Source of the DNA: Candidatus Woykebacteria bacterium RBG_13_40_15 | GTDB taxonomy: Bacteria > Patescibacteriota > Microgenomatia > Woykebacterales > RBG-16-39-9b | NCBI GenBank assembly: GCA_001816655.1 | Contig: MHCP01000025.1 | Span: 14,428-78,427 of the forward strand | DNA length: 64,000 nucleotides | Reading direction: 5' to 3' | Shown: positions 1 to 8,810 of the stretch, piece by piece | How the letters are laid out: every line of letters starts with the position of its first letter | How positions within the stretch are numbered: the first letter of the stretch is position 1 | Program-made: the position numbers and the translations under genes | The notes under the pieces: model-generated | Seen by the model: the letters and a program-made list of their open reading frames with translations, nothing else | Databases searched by the model: none | What the model was told of the DNA's origin: nothing

Positions 1-422
1 TAAATTTTCCCATCTACAACAAGTCCCATACCGATTCCAGTACTTACCGTTATATAAAGGACCGGGTTCTTGCCCGCCCCTGCTCCATAGAGACTTTCTC
101 CTAAAGCTGCTACTGATACATCGTGTTCGACGACTACTTGGGCGTTTAGTATTTTAGAAAAAGTATCTGCTACGTTTACTCTGTCCCAGCCGACTAGATT
201 TGGGGGTTCCAAAAGCTTTCCTGTTTTTGTCTCAATGGGCCCAGGTAAGCCAATTACTACTCTTTCAATTTTCTCACTAGAGACTTTTTGGACGGCTTCT
301 TTTATGTCTTGAATGCCTTGTTTAAATTCTTTTGTGGGAAAATCTAGCCTTTGTTGAATTTTTCCTTGGGCGCCGGAAGCAACTCTTGTGTGAGTGCCGC
401 CGATATCGATACCAATATACAT
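1..422 (-). CDS. ROK family sugar kinase (3' end runs off the window)
   Basis: Manual translation from ATG at 422: MYIGIDIGGTHTRVASG..., later ALPGP, EHDVSVAALGE and ITVSTGIGMG, all ROK motifs. Not in the ORF track. Confidence 0.9.
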   Translation of the reverse strand, partial: MYIGIDIGGTHTRVASGAQGKIQQRLDFPTKEFKQGIQDIKEAVQKVSSEKIERVVIGLPGPIETKTGKLLEPPNLVGWDRVNVADTFSKILNAQVVVEHDVSVAALGESLYGAGAGKNPVLYITVSTGIGMGLVVDGKI

Positions 423-453
423 AAATTAAAATTCAAAAGTCAAAAATAGAATG

Positions 454-886
454 TTTCGCATTCTGCCTGCCCGACAGCGCCTTTCCTTGGCAGGCGGGCG
501 ACCACTTTAGTGGACTACAAAACTACCCGACTTTGAAAACTTCGTCTTTTTCTTCTACTTGTTGATCTGTCTTTAGACCCACTATTTCTTTTGCCTTTGC
601 CGAATCAATGTCTTTGTGCTCCGACTGCATGGAAGACACTTCCTGCGTGAAATCGGTTACCTTGCCTTTTAGGTGAATTTTGTCGCCTACTTTTACTGTT
701 TTTGAAACTTCCAATACGCCTACGCCAATATGGTCGTAGTAGTGTTTGATTGTGCCTACTTTTGTTTCTGCCAAACTTATCACCTCCTTACGAGATGATT
801 TTACTTTGCTTTTGGTAAATTTTGCAAGAATTAATTTTAGTCCACGATCTGCCTGCCGGCAGGCAGGAGTGGTCGCAGAGCGCGAG
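454..886. repeat. ~30 bp inverted repeat pair (TCGC..TCTGCGACCACT..GTGGACTA) flanking the 523-774 gene, each copy interrupted by a CCTGCC-type palindrome
   Basis: Left copy 454-517 with insert 466-498; right copy (reverse complement) ~838-886 with insert 848-867. Confidence 0.75.
523..774 (-). CDS. Translation elongation factor-like small beta-barrel protein (U32 peptidase C-terminal-like)
   Basis: KVGTIKHYYDHIGVG...VGDKIHLKG...TDFTQEVSSMQ pattern; TTG start at 774 preceded by AAGGAGGTG SD. Confidence 0.75.
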   Translation of the reverse strand: MAETKVGTIKHYYDHIGVGVLEVSKTVKVGDKIHLKGKVTDFTQEVSSMQSEHKDIDSAKAKEIVGLKTDQQVEEKDEVFKVG

Positions 887-924
887 AGTACTGAGAAACT
901 GAAAGTTTCGAATTACGGAGCGAT

Positions 925-1512
925 CTATTCAGGATTTTCAACTGAAGCTGGGGAGAGTTTTTCCTCATCTGCTTTGTATTTTTCTTTCAGGTCGCTAATT
1001 AAGCCTTTTACAAGTTTTTTTGGATCTGGGTCGTAAAGGACCCGACACTCGTGTTTGTGGGCAATTCGAGTGATTTCTTCTATTTCATCTGCGATACCAC
1101 CGGAGTCTTCCAATATACCAATTGGTTTTCTGTCTTCGAAAGCTACCGTGAATTCGTTTAAAGTGCCAATACGGCCGCCGATAATTATTACAGCGTCGGC
1201 GCTTCGGGTTAAAATCAAGTTTCTACCCGCGTAACCAAAACCAGTGTAAACAATAAGATCCATGTAATTTACTGGTAGCTGGTAACGCTTCATATGGTCA
1301 AATCTGGTACTTGCCGGAGAAAAACCGATGGAAATACCGCCAGCTTTTTTTGCTCCTTTTGCAGCATGATGAGGTATGCCGGTGGTGGCTCCTGTTACAA
1401 GAACAGCGTCTTCCTTGGCAATTGCCTCGCCTACTGCTTCTGATTTTTTTAGTGTTTCGGGGTTTAAACTATCCCCTTCTGCCGCTCCGGAGACACAAAT
1501 TTTGAAGCTCAT
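925..1512 (-). CDS. LOG/SLOG family protein (TIGR00725-like)
   Basis: VTGATTGIP, GISIGFSP, GRNLIL, GGRIGTLNE motifs; start taken at MSFKICVSG. Confidence 0.85.
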   Translation of the reverse strand: MSFKICVSGAAEGDSLNPETLKKSEAVGEAIAKEDAVLVTGATTGIPHHAAKGAKKAGGISIGFSPASTRFDHMKRYQLPVNYMDLIVYTGFGYAGRNLILTRSADAVIIIGGRIGTLNEFTVAFEDRKPIGILEDSGGIADEIEEITRIAHKHECRVLYDPDPKKLVKGLISDLKEKYKADEEKLSPASVENPE

Positions 1513-1708
1513 ACAACTATAGTAACAAGTAACAAGTAAAAAGTAAAAAGTTAAAAATAGATCACTTAGCGCTCTGCACACACTTACGTGGGCTACAAAA
1601 GTAAAAAGGAAAAGATGAAAAATGAAAAAGTTGTGGTCGAAGGTCGGACCTTGGAAGCTGACTAATTGTGAGGATTAAAAATATTAGAACAAACGGGTTT
1701 TGGAGGAG

Positions 1709-1754
1709 TTGCCCCGCCGAAGCTTCCTCATGGAGTTGCTCCGGCGGGGTTTTT
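1709..1754. terminator. GC-rich hairpin downstream of the 1772-2047 gene
   Basis: GCCCCGCCG...CGGCGGGGT followed by TTTT on the + strand. Confidence 0.55.
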
Positions 1755-1771
1755 GGCCTAGATTGCTGCGA

Positions 1772-2047
1772 TCAGTTCTCTGGTGTGTACACGGCGACGT
1801 GCATGTAGTTGACGAAGAAGACGTCGGGATGCCCCTTCTTGTGGTGCTTCGCTGCCGTTTCGTTGATCCTCGCTAGGCGCTCACCTTCCTCTCCCCTAAG
1901 AAGCGTGTCACGTCGAACGTAGTTTGTCCCGCCGACCTGAATTCGCTCTGGGAAGACGGTTTCATAGACGAAGCGGTTTCTCCTCCCTTGCTTTTTCGCT
2001 TCGACAGTGAAGGACACCTCGATGGTTCTTGGTTGCTTTCTCATCAC
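1772..2047 (-). CDS. Hypothetical protein (orphan, ~90 aa)
   Basis: TTGACA-17-TATAGT promoter (~2104-2132), GGGAGGGAG SD and downstream hairpin; no family recognised. Confidence 0.6.
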   Translation of the reverse strand: MMRKQPRTIEVSFTVEAKKQGRRNRFVYETVFPERIQVGGTNYVRRDTLLRGEEGERLARINETAAKHHKKGHPDVFFVNYMHVAVYTPEN

Positions 2048-2134
2048 TCCCTCCCAAATTCTAGCTAACCAGATTTCGGTTTTGTCATTACGGTTTGGGG
2101 GCCACTATACAGTTTGAAACGACATTTGTCAATA

Positions 2135-3214
2135 CTATGGGGTCTTTGCGATTTGGTTGGAGGAATCGAGCATGCGATCTAGTATGTGTTGGCCGTCTTT
2201 TGAAGAGAGGAAGCGGGGTTTATATGAAACGTCGACAAGTGTTGGGTGGAATTTTACATTGACGAGTTTGTTTTCGTAGAAAGTATATTCTCCTACTACG
2301 CCTTCCTGCGTTTCCTGGCTCCAGGTTTGGTCAAAGATAAAATTGCCGTGGGCGTAGGTTATTAATTTATTTTTGTAAATTTCGACGCCCTGTACAGTAT
2401 GAGGGTGGTTTCCGATAATGAGATCGGCCCCAGAATCAATTATTAAATGAGCGATTTCTTTCGGATCATCAGGAGCGACATTCCCGCTAGATTTTGGCAC
2501 TAGCTCATATTCCATTCCCCAATGAGCGGAAACGACTAAAACGTCAACTTTTTTACGTGCCTCTTTTATTTCAGTTGTCATCTCATCCCTGGGAAATGAA
2601 GCTTCTACTCCGTTGTAGGCTAGAAATCCAAATTTTACTCCCTTCAAGGTTCTCTGCTCAAAATGTCCAAATCCAGTCCAGCCGATTTTGTTTTTTTCAA
2701 GCAGTTTTTCTGTTTCCTCTCTTCCTGTCTGGCCAAAGTTGTCGATATGGTTGTTTATTATCGAAGCTATATCAACACCAGCAAAAACTAATCCTTGAAT
2801 TTGCCTTGGGTCTCCGCAAAAAGTCATTCCGTGGGTCATAAGCTGGCATCCTTGTATGAGTGGTGATTCCAGGTTAATTAATGTTAAGTCAGCTTTTTTC
2901 AAAAAGTCGGAAGTTCCCTCCCAGTTGTAATTGAAATTGCCGCTTGTAACAGCAGGCCAGTTTGAGCCTCTGCCTATTATTACATCCCCGGTCGCATTTA
3001 AGGTTACCAGCTTTTTCTGGTCGAGTTTGGAGAGATCGTTTTGTTTGGTAAAAATCGAATCAAGGCTTACTTTTGGGATTACTGGTGGCTCTTTTGTTGC
3101 TGGATTTTTGCTGACGGTATAGCCTGTATTGAAGTTTTTGGCCAGGAGGAAAACAAAAACAACCAAGGCCAAAAATATTAAGATGCTGCCAAAGGCTCCT
3201 ACCTTCTTTCCCAT
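2135..3214 (-). CDS. CapA family (poly-gamma-glutamate synthesis-like) metallophosphoesterase, membrane anchored
   Basis: GDV, NLESP, NNH, HWG, GNHPH and HGNFIFDQ motifs; N-terminal TM helix. Confidence 0.9.
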   Translation of the reverse strand: MGKKVGAFGSILIFLALVVFVFLLAKNFNTGYTVSKNPATKEPPVIPKVSLDSIFTKQNDLSKLDQKKLVTLNATGDVIIGRGSNWPAVTSGNFNYNWEGTSDFLKKADLTLINLESPLIQGCQLMTHGMTFCGDPRQIQGLVFAGVDIASIINNHIDNFGQTGREETEKLLEKNKIGWTGFGHFEQRTLKGVKFGFLAYNGVEASFPRDEMTTEIKEARKKVDVLVVSAHWGMEYELVPKSSGNVAPDDPKEIAHLIIDSGADLIIGNHPHTVQGVEIYKNKLITYAHGNFIFDQTWSQETQEGVVGEYTFYENKLVNVKFHPTLVDVSYKPRFLSSKDGQHILDRMLDSSNQIAKTP

Positions 3215-3750
3215 AGCTTCTCCTGACCATTATTTAAGTAACGAGCTAGGACAAAAAGAAGATCAGATGATCGGTTAAAATATGACAATATGTCCTGGTT
3301 TACTTTTCGCTTCTTGCTTAATGAAACCAGATCTCGCTCAGCTCTTCGGCAAACAGTTCTAGATAAATTAAGCAATGCGAATTCTCTTTTGCCTGAAGGG
3401 ATGATAAATGTTTGAAGGTTAGGGAGTTTTTTGTCATATAGGTCAATATAATGCTCCAATTTAACTATTTTGTCTTTATCTATGGGGTAAAGCTTACTTG
3501 TATTTTTTATTGATTGGCCATCGTTTCCGATTTCCGCGCCAATATTTAAAAGGTCATTTTGGATGTCTTGTAATAATTGTACAATATGTTTTTCTTTGAT
3601 GAAAGACGCTGCAACTCCAATGGAGGCATTGAGTTCGTCAATAGCTCCTAAGGTTTGAATTTCCAGAGAATCTTTTGAAACTTTTTTGCCGTTTGCAAGA
3701 AAAGTTTTCCCTTTGTCCCCCACCCTTGTATAGATTTTTCTTTTCGCCAT
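3199..3750 (-). CDS. ATP:cob(I)alamin adenosyltransferase, PduO type
   Basis: KIYTRVGDKGKT, GAIDELN, RTVCRRAER and NRSSDLLFVLAR motifs. Confidence 0.9.
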   Translation of the reverse strand: MAKRKIYTRVGDKGKTFLANGKKVSKDSLEIQTLGAIDELNASIGVAASFIKEKHIVQLLQDIQNDLLNIGAEIGNDGQSIKNTSKLYPIDKDKIVKLEHYIDLYDKKLPNLQTFIIPSGKREFALLNLSRTVCRRAERDLVSLSKKRKVNQDILSYFNRSSDLLFVLARYLNNGQEKLWERR

Positions 3751-3842
3751 AGCCCACCTAGTTTAGCAAATTTTTGGAAAAATGAAAGCTGGCCCGCGTC
3801 TCTCCTCTTCGCGAGCCAGCCCAGAGTAATCTCGATCTTCCG

Positions 3843-4613
3843 CTAGTCCCTGCGTTGCCCCCAAGGTACGATGATCTCACGACGGAATCGCTGATCATCG
3901 ATTACCGTGTCGATAAGAACCTGGTAACTCCCTGCTGGAAGATTCATAGGATTCCATCCCAGGAGAGGCCTGCTTCGATGCATCACCCGCACAGCTACCT
4001 CGTCAAGTTTCAGCCACGCGTCCACAAACTCATCATGCCTGAAGAGTCTGCAAATAAGATCATGGAGACAAGTGTCCCCTGTTCCTCTCCCAAGGTGTAT
4101 GAACTGTTCCAGCTTGAACTGGAAGATTCGCTCTCTTAGGAACTGTTCCCAGCAGCCAACCCCCCTTAGATATCGGCAAAAGCCGCTTTTGGGGTCGACT
4201 ACTAGCTCCAGCATATTCGGTCTCTCTGCCAATTCTGCCGGCTGCAAATGGAAGAAGTCTCTAGCTGGTTTGTTGGCGTCGAGAATGTTCCAGACGAAGT
4301 CGGTGATCAGAGCTGGTACCTCAATCTGGATGTGTTCACTCAAAGCCTGCGTCCAGCGTGTGATCTCTTCCTCAGTTGGCATCTCTCCGCAGATTAGATG
4401 GGCCCATCCCTGTTCCTCTCGGGTAAAGCCCAATCGCTTCATGACTTTCATGCGGAGGGGTCCTTCTGGTAGCCTTTCATCTCTTTCGATATCACTTAGG
4501 CTGTTGATATCAGACAGCTCGAGGAGTAGGCAGCATTCTCCCTGCGTCCAGCCTGCTCTTTTCCGTACGTTACGAACTAGGGTGCCAAACGATGGTCCCA
4601 TGATCGACCTCAT
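3843..4613 (-). CDS. XRE helix-turn-helix regulator with MmyB-like ligand-binding domain
   Basis: FGTLVRNVRKRAGWTQ...SDIER HTH; PALITDFVWNILDAN and RPNML MmyB-like motifs; start at 4613 after AAAGGAGAGG SD and TAGACA-17-TATACT promoter. Confidence 0.75.
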   Translation of the reverse strand: MRSIMGPSFGTLVRNVRKRAGWTQGECCLLLELSDINSLSDIERDERLPEGPLRMKVMKRLGFTREEQGWAHLICGEMPTEEEITRWTQALSEHIQIEVPALITDFVWNILDANKPARDFFHLQPAELAERPNMLELVVDPKSGFCRYLRGVGCWEQFLRERIFQFKLEQFIHLGRGTGDTCLHDLICRLFRHDEFVDAWLKLDEVAVRVMHRSRPLLGWNPMNLPAGSYQVLIDTVIDDQRFRREIIVPWGQRRD

Positions 4614-4699
4614 GATTGCCTCTCCTTTACTGGTTAGTCTCTCTGGAAGCGAACTACTGGGCAAAGTATATTAAAATGGGATAATAATGTCTATAGGAT

Positions 4700-5311
4700 T
4701 TAGAGAAGGGGTTTTATTGCTTTGGCGACCCTTTCGGCCAGGATTTTGTAGCCCACAGCATTTGGATGGATGTCATCTGCCATAAGTTGAGGGTTACCTT
4801 CGATTCCATCTAGTGCATTCCATAAAACAGCTGCCTTGTATTTTTTCGCAATTTGTTTGAACCCAGTTTGATATTCAGAATCTTTCAGGGGGAATTTGAT
4901 GTGGATTAACAGGACTGCCGCGCCGCTTTCATGGGTTTGACTGACAATTGAATCTAGATTTTTAATCGTTTCGCTAGCCGGTACTTGTCTTAAAAAATCA
5001 TTACCAGAAAGCTCGATTACGACTAGTGATGGGCTTTTATCTAAAACATCGGTTTTTAATCTGGCTAGACCAGTAGTAGTTGTGTCGCCTGAAACCCCAG
5101 CGTTGATGACATTAGTTAAATTTAGTTCTTTGGCAACGAGAGTTGGAAAATCTTCGCCCTGCTCTGCTCCAACACCGGCAGTTAGACTATTTCCAAAAAA
5201 TATAACAGGGCCCGCCTTTTGTACTTTTTGGACGCTGCTTCGTAAAAAGAAAAACCAGACTAGGAAACCAAAAACTAAAACTAGAAAAGAAGCTAGCAAG
5301 ACTTTCTTCAT
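4700..5311 (-). CDS. GDSL/SGNH lipase-esterase (TesA-like), membrane anchored
   Basis: FGNSLTAG, NAGVSGDTT, GND and DDIHPN blocks. Confidence 0.9.
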   Translation of the reverse strand: MKKVLLASFLVLVFGFLVWFFFLRSSVQKVQKAGPVIFFGNSLTAGVGAEQGEDFPTLVAKELNLTNVINAGVSGDTTTTGLARLKTDVLDKSPSLVVIELSGNDFLRQVPASETIKNLDSIVSQTHESGAAVLLIHIKFPLKDSEYQTGFKQIAKKYKAAVLWNALDGIEGNPQLMADDIHPNAVGYKILAERVAKAIKPLL

Positions 5312-5377
5312 GTTAATTGGCTTGTTAATTCTAATAGGGGTCGAGAGAAGCCAGTGCCCCTCCAATCACTGGCTTCT

Positions 5378-5578
5378 CTATCTCGTGCCAAGTCTCTCCG
5401 TTGCTCTGATTCTACCGTCCAACGCCCACAAGGTTGGTCTTTGAGCCGAGACTCCGCTCCACCCTCCTTCTATCCTAGTTGCGTCTACAGTCTCTTGCCA
5501 GTCGGTAGGTTCCTTTATGGATAGAGTACTCATACCAGCGCTTTCGTTTTGTTTTTTCGCTGATCCCCCTTGATCCAT
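5378..5578 (-). CDS. Hypothetical small protein (66 aa)
   Basis: TATAAT box, AAAGGGGTG SD and a downstream hairpin GAGAAGCCAGTG...CACTGGCTTCTC (~5345-5377). Confidence 0.5.
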   Translation of the reverse strand: MDQGGSAKKQNESAGMSTLSIKEPTDWQETVDATRIEGGWSGVSAQRPTLWALDGRIRATERLGTR

Positions 5579-5694
5579 AGATCACCCCTTTCTGTCAGCA
5601 GTATTATACAAGTAAAATAGAGTCCAACTCAAACAGATGAGAACCAGCCTGTTTATTGACCAGTATATAAAAACTATTTGGTATGAGAAACTAA

Positions 5695-5865
5695 CTAGGC
5701 AGACTTGGCATAGACTGCGTATACAGCTACTACAATTGAAACAAGCAACCAAGAATCAGCTCCCAAATTCAATACAGGGACGTTGCCTATGTAATCTAAG
5801 GCAGCTAGTAAAATTCCAACCAAAGATAATACCAGCAGTGCAAGACTAGTTGTTTTTTTATCCAC
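5695..5865 (-). CDS. Small two-TM membrane protein (56 aa), not in ORF track
   Basis: GAGGGGGTG SD, GTG start; MDKKTTSLALLVLSLVGILLAALDYIGNVPVLNLGADSWLLVSIVVAVYAVYAKSA. Confidence 0.7.
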   Translation of the reverse strand: MDKKTTSLALLVLSLVGILLAALDYIGNVPVLNLGADSWLLVSIVVAVYAVYAKSA

Positions 5866-5888
5866 TTTTTTCACCCCCTCTCAGGTTT

Positions 5889-6737
5889 TTAAATTTCAGT
5901 AAAGTATTCTAAAACTACGATTGCTATCTCTTTCATTTGAGTAGGGCTTACGGTGCCACTTCTACTAGTTGTAAAAACAGCTAAAATAAATGGATTTTTC
6001 GCGTCTGTTACATAAGCAACGTCGTGAGATTCCCCTTCCCAACTACCTGCTTTGTGGTAGTACGTTAAGTTTGCTTGATTCAAAATCGGCGAGAAAAACC
6101 TTTCAATACTCGTCTTTTGCATATAAGAATAGAGTTTGGTTTTTGAACTTTCAGTCAAGAGATTTTCCTTTTCGATTTTTTTCATTAGCGTAACAGCATC
6201 CTTTGCGCTCATTAAATTTTTCCCGAGTGAGAGATCTGTAGCAGTCATACCAATTTTTTTAGCAAAGGTATTTTGATCGGTTGCGCTGAAGCGTTCAAAC
6301 AAATAATCAAGACTATCAGTACTAGATTGATTAACTAGGAACTGCAGCTGTGTTTCAATGTCGTAGGCACCCATTTTGTCCTTCAATCCAATCGTCCCTT
6401 TGTCCGCTAGGTTAAACACGTACGTAGCAGTCAAAAGTTGCGAAACGCCAGCAGCGTGTTGTGCAACTTGGTCGTTATAACCGAAGTACTCATCGTTATT
6501 GAAATCATATATTCCAACAGAGAGTGTTGTAGCTGGCGTGTCTTTTTTGACAATTTCTCGAATAATTTCGATTAAATTTTCTTTTCTTACTTTTCTTTTT
6601 TCCGCTTCTTGTTGCTCCTCTGTTAGTTTAGGAGGTTCGTGACTTCTACTCCAAAAAAATTTAAAAAGGGTGAAGGAGATACCGCAGACAATGATTACTG
6701 CTACGATTATAACTGCGACAGCTAGGACCTTCTTCAT
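5889..6737 (-). CDS. Class A beta-lactamase-related serine hydrolase fold protein, catalytic motif degenerate
   Basis: Beta-lactamase2-like layout (HKAG, HDVAYV, PFILAVFT); SxxK position reads GVSQ; N-terminal TM anchor. Confidence 0.8.
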   Translation of the reverse strand: MKKVLAVAVIIVAVIIVCGISFTLFKFFWSRSHEPPKLTEEQQEAEKRKVRKENLIEIIREIVKKDTPATTLSVGIYDFNNDEYFGYNDQVAQHAAGVSQLLTATYVFNLADKGTIGLKDKMGAYDIETQLQFLVNQSSTDSLDYLFERFSATDQNTFAKKIGMTATDLSLGKNLMSAKDAVTLMKKIEKENLLTESSKTKLYSYMQKTSIERFFSPILNQANLTYYHKAGSWEGESHDVAYVTDAKNPFILAVFTTSRSGTVSPTQMKEIAIVVLEYFTEI

Positions 6738-6808
6738 TTCGCCTCTAGTTTAGCAGGTGCAAGACTCTTTTAGTAGTAGGTCCGTTACAGATAACTTTTA
6801 TCCAACAA

Positions 6809-7222
6809 TTACTTTACTATTTTGACTGCTACTTGCCGATTGTTCCTTGGACCATCGAGTTCGACAAATAATATATTCTGCCAAGTTCCCAAATTTAATT
6901 TACCTTCTTTAATCCCTACAGCTTGAAAACTTCCGATTAAAACAGCAGCTAAATGGGAAGTGGCATTTCTACGTTCACACATATCCGAAGTATCGGGGTG
7001 TTCCCAACCATCTTTTGCTATTATCTGTTCGAATAATTTCAGTATATCTTTTTTGAAACCCTCTTCATCTTCATTTATTATCAAAGCTGCCGTTGTGTGA
7101 AGGATGTTTATAAGGCAAATTCCGTCTTTTACCTTAGATTCTTTAACTATTTCGTTAACTTTATCAGTAAGATTTATCACTTCGCGTTTAGTTTTTGTAT
7201 TTAGGCTGATTATTTTATTCAT
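6809..7222 (-). CDS. yjbQ: YjbQ/UPF0047 family protein (secondary thiamine-phosphate synthase)
   Basis: HTTAALIINE, NATSHL and LGTWQNILFVELDGPR motifs. Confidence 0.9.
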   Translation of the reverse strand: MNKIISLNTKTKREVINLTDKVNEIVKESKVKDGICLINILHTTAALIINEDEEGFKKDILKLFEQIIAKDGWEHPDTSDMCERRNATSHLAAVLIGSFQAVGIKEGKLNLGTWQNILFVELDGPRNNRQVAVKIVK

Positions 7223-7788
7223 TTGCTTTTGTAAGAAGTAACGATACTAGTAACTAGATTCTTGGTTTCTTTATTAGAACCAGACAACCAAAATGTAACA
7301 TTTTTAATCGAAGAGGCAGCAGGAACTTTTATTACCAAGAAGAAACTACCATCTTTAAAATTGAATTCTGTGGCGGTGGCCTCCCTTTTATCTACAGAAA
7401 TTTCTATCGGTTTCTCACTTAAAATAGATTTTTGTTGTTCTTTGGAAAATCTAGGTTCGCGCAAGTCGTCCAACCAAAAATTTACTTCTCCCGCACTACT
7501 AAATAATCTTGCCCCGACGGCTTCTTTGCTTTGATGAGTTTCAGCTTTCCAGTCTTCTGGGTACTCAATAGAATAGGAATCTGTCGAAAGAATAAACCAG
7601 CCAGGACGGGAAGACGCGGTTTGAGACGGCTTTTCACCAAAGACTTTATTTTGCACGGCTATCCTCGTCGCAAAAAAACTAGCAAAAAAAACTACCGAAG
7701 CTAAAACTACAAGAAACAGTAAAAAAACTAAATAAAAGCCAAATTTGTTCTCCTTTGGTTTTATATCAATTATTACTTCTTGTGGCAT
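7219..7788 (-). CDS. Membrane-anchored hypothetical protein (PsbP-like periplasmic domain)
   Basis: One N-terminal TM; YSIEYPEDW motif typical of PsbP-like folds. Confidence 0.55.
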   Translation of the reverse strand: MPQEVIIDIKPKENKFGFYLVFLLFLVVLASVVFFASFFATRIAVQNKVFGEKPSQTASSRPGWFILSTDSYSIEYPEDWKAETHQSKEAVGARLFSSAGEVNFWLDDLREPRFSKEQQKSILSEKPIEISVDKREATATEFNFKDGSFFLVIKVPAASSIKNVTFWLSGSNKETKNLVTSIVTSYKSK

Positions 7789-7855
7789 TAGTAACTAGAA
7801 TAACAGCATATGACAAAACTTTCAATTTAGCGATTTTTAGTGTTATGATAAAATC

Positions 7856-8353
7856 ATGGTAGGGCTTACCCCTCATGTCTCACGTATCATAGCAATTTTT
7901 CTAGCTGCTCTTGTAATTTTGGTCGTTATGACCCTTCTAACTCGCGATTTTGCATCAACTATTTCCATGGGGGCACTAAGAGCTAAAAAGCTGCGGACTA
8001 TAACTGGTATATTACGAGCAACCGCTTCTACCGTAATTATCTTGGTTGCTTTTATAATGATACTTAGGGAGATTGGTTTTGATATTACTCCCCTACTTGC
8101 TAGTGCTGGGATAGTAGGTCTTGCGCTTGGTTTTGGAGCACAAAGTTTAGTTAAGGATATAATCGCCGGTTTCTTCCTGCTTATCGAAAATCAATTTGAT
8201 GAGGGCGATGAAATAGAGGTTTCTGGAGAAAAGGGAGTAGTCCAAAAGATTACCTTGCGGACCATTTGGCTTAAAGACAACGATGGGGTTTTGCACATAA
8301 TTCCAAATGGGTCTATAGTTGTTGTAAAGAATTTTTCAAAAACTAAGGGCTAG
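7856..8353 (+). CDS. Small-conductance mechanosensitive channel (MscS family), short form
   Basis: GLALGFGAQSLVKDIIAG, GDEIEV and HIIPNG motifs. Confidence 0.9.
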   Translation: MVGLTPHVSRIIAIFLAALVILVVMTLLTRDFASTISMGALRAKKLRTITGILRATASTVIILVAFIMILREIGFDITPLLASAGIVGLALGFGAQSLVKDIIAGFFLLIENQFDEGDEIEVSGEKGVVQKITLRTIWLKDNDGVLHIIPNGSIVVVKNFSKTKG

Positions 8354-8396
8354 ACGGGGCTATTATTTGCTGGTTTAATATCTTAAGGAGGAAGTT

Positions 8397-8810
8397 ATGG
8401 CAAGGAAAATTCTACTTGTAGAAGATGATGCTTTTGTCCGCGATATATATATGCGGGAGTTAACTAAAGGTGGTTTTGAAATAGATGCCGCCGAAGACGG
8501 TTTGGAAGGCATCGAAAAAGCAAAAGAGACGAAATATGATCTTATACTACTTGATATTATGTTGCCAAAGAAAACAGGAATTGATGTTTTGAAAGATATA
8601 AGAGTCAATACTTCTGCATCAAAAGGTACGTCTGTTTATTTACTTACCAACTTAGGACAAGGTTCAGTTATTAGACAGGCTGTTGAAATAGGCGCTCAAG
8701 GGTATTTGCTAAAAGCTCGAGTACTTCCCTCGCAAGTTCTTCAGGCCGTAAACGATTTCTTCGAAAAGGGCCCAATGAAAATGGACCTTAAGGAATTTGG
8801 TTTAGAGTAG
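8397..8810 (+). CDS. Stand-alone response regulator receiver protein
   Basis: LLVEDD, LLDIMLP, LTN and YLLKA receiver motifs; no output domain. Confidence 0.92.
   Translation: MARKILLVEDDAFVRDIYMRELTKGGFEIDAAEDGLEGIEKAKETKYDLILLDIMLPKKTGIDVLKDIRVNTSASKGTSVYLLTNLGQGSVIRQAVEIGAQGYLLKARVLPSQVLQAVNDFFEKGPMKMDLKEFGLE

Noticed and set aside
5637-5849. 70 aa plus-strand ORF
   Set aside because: It is the shadow of a better supported minus-strand membrane ORF (5695-5865) with an SD.
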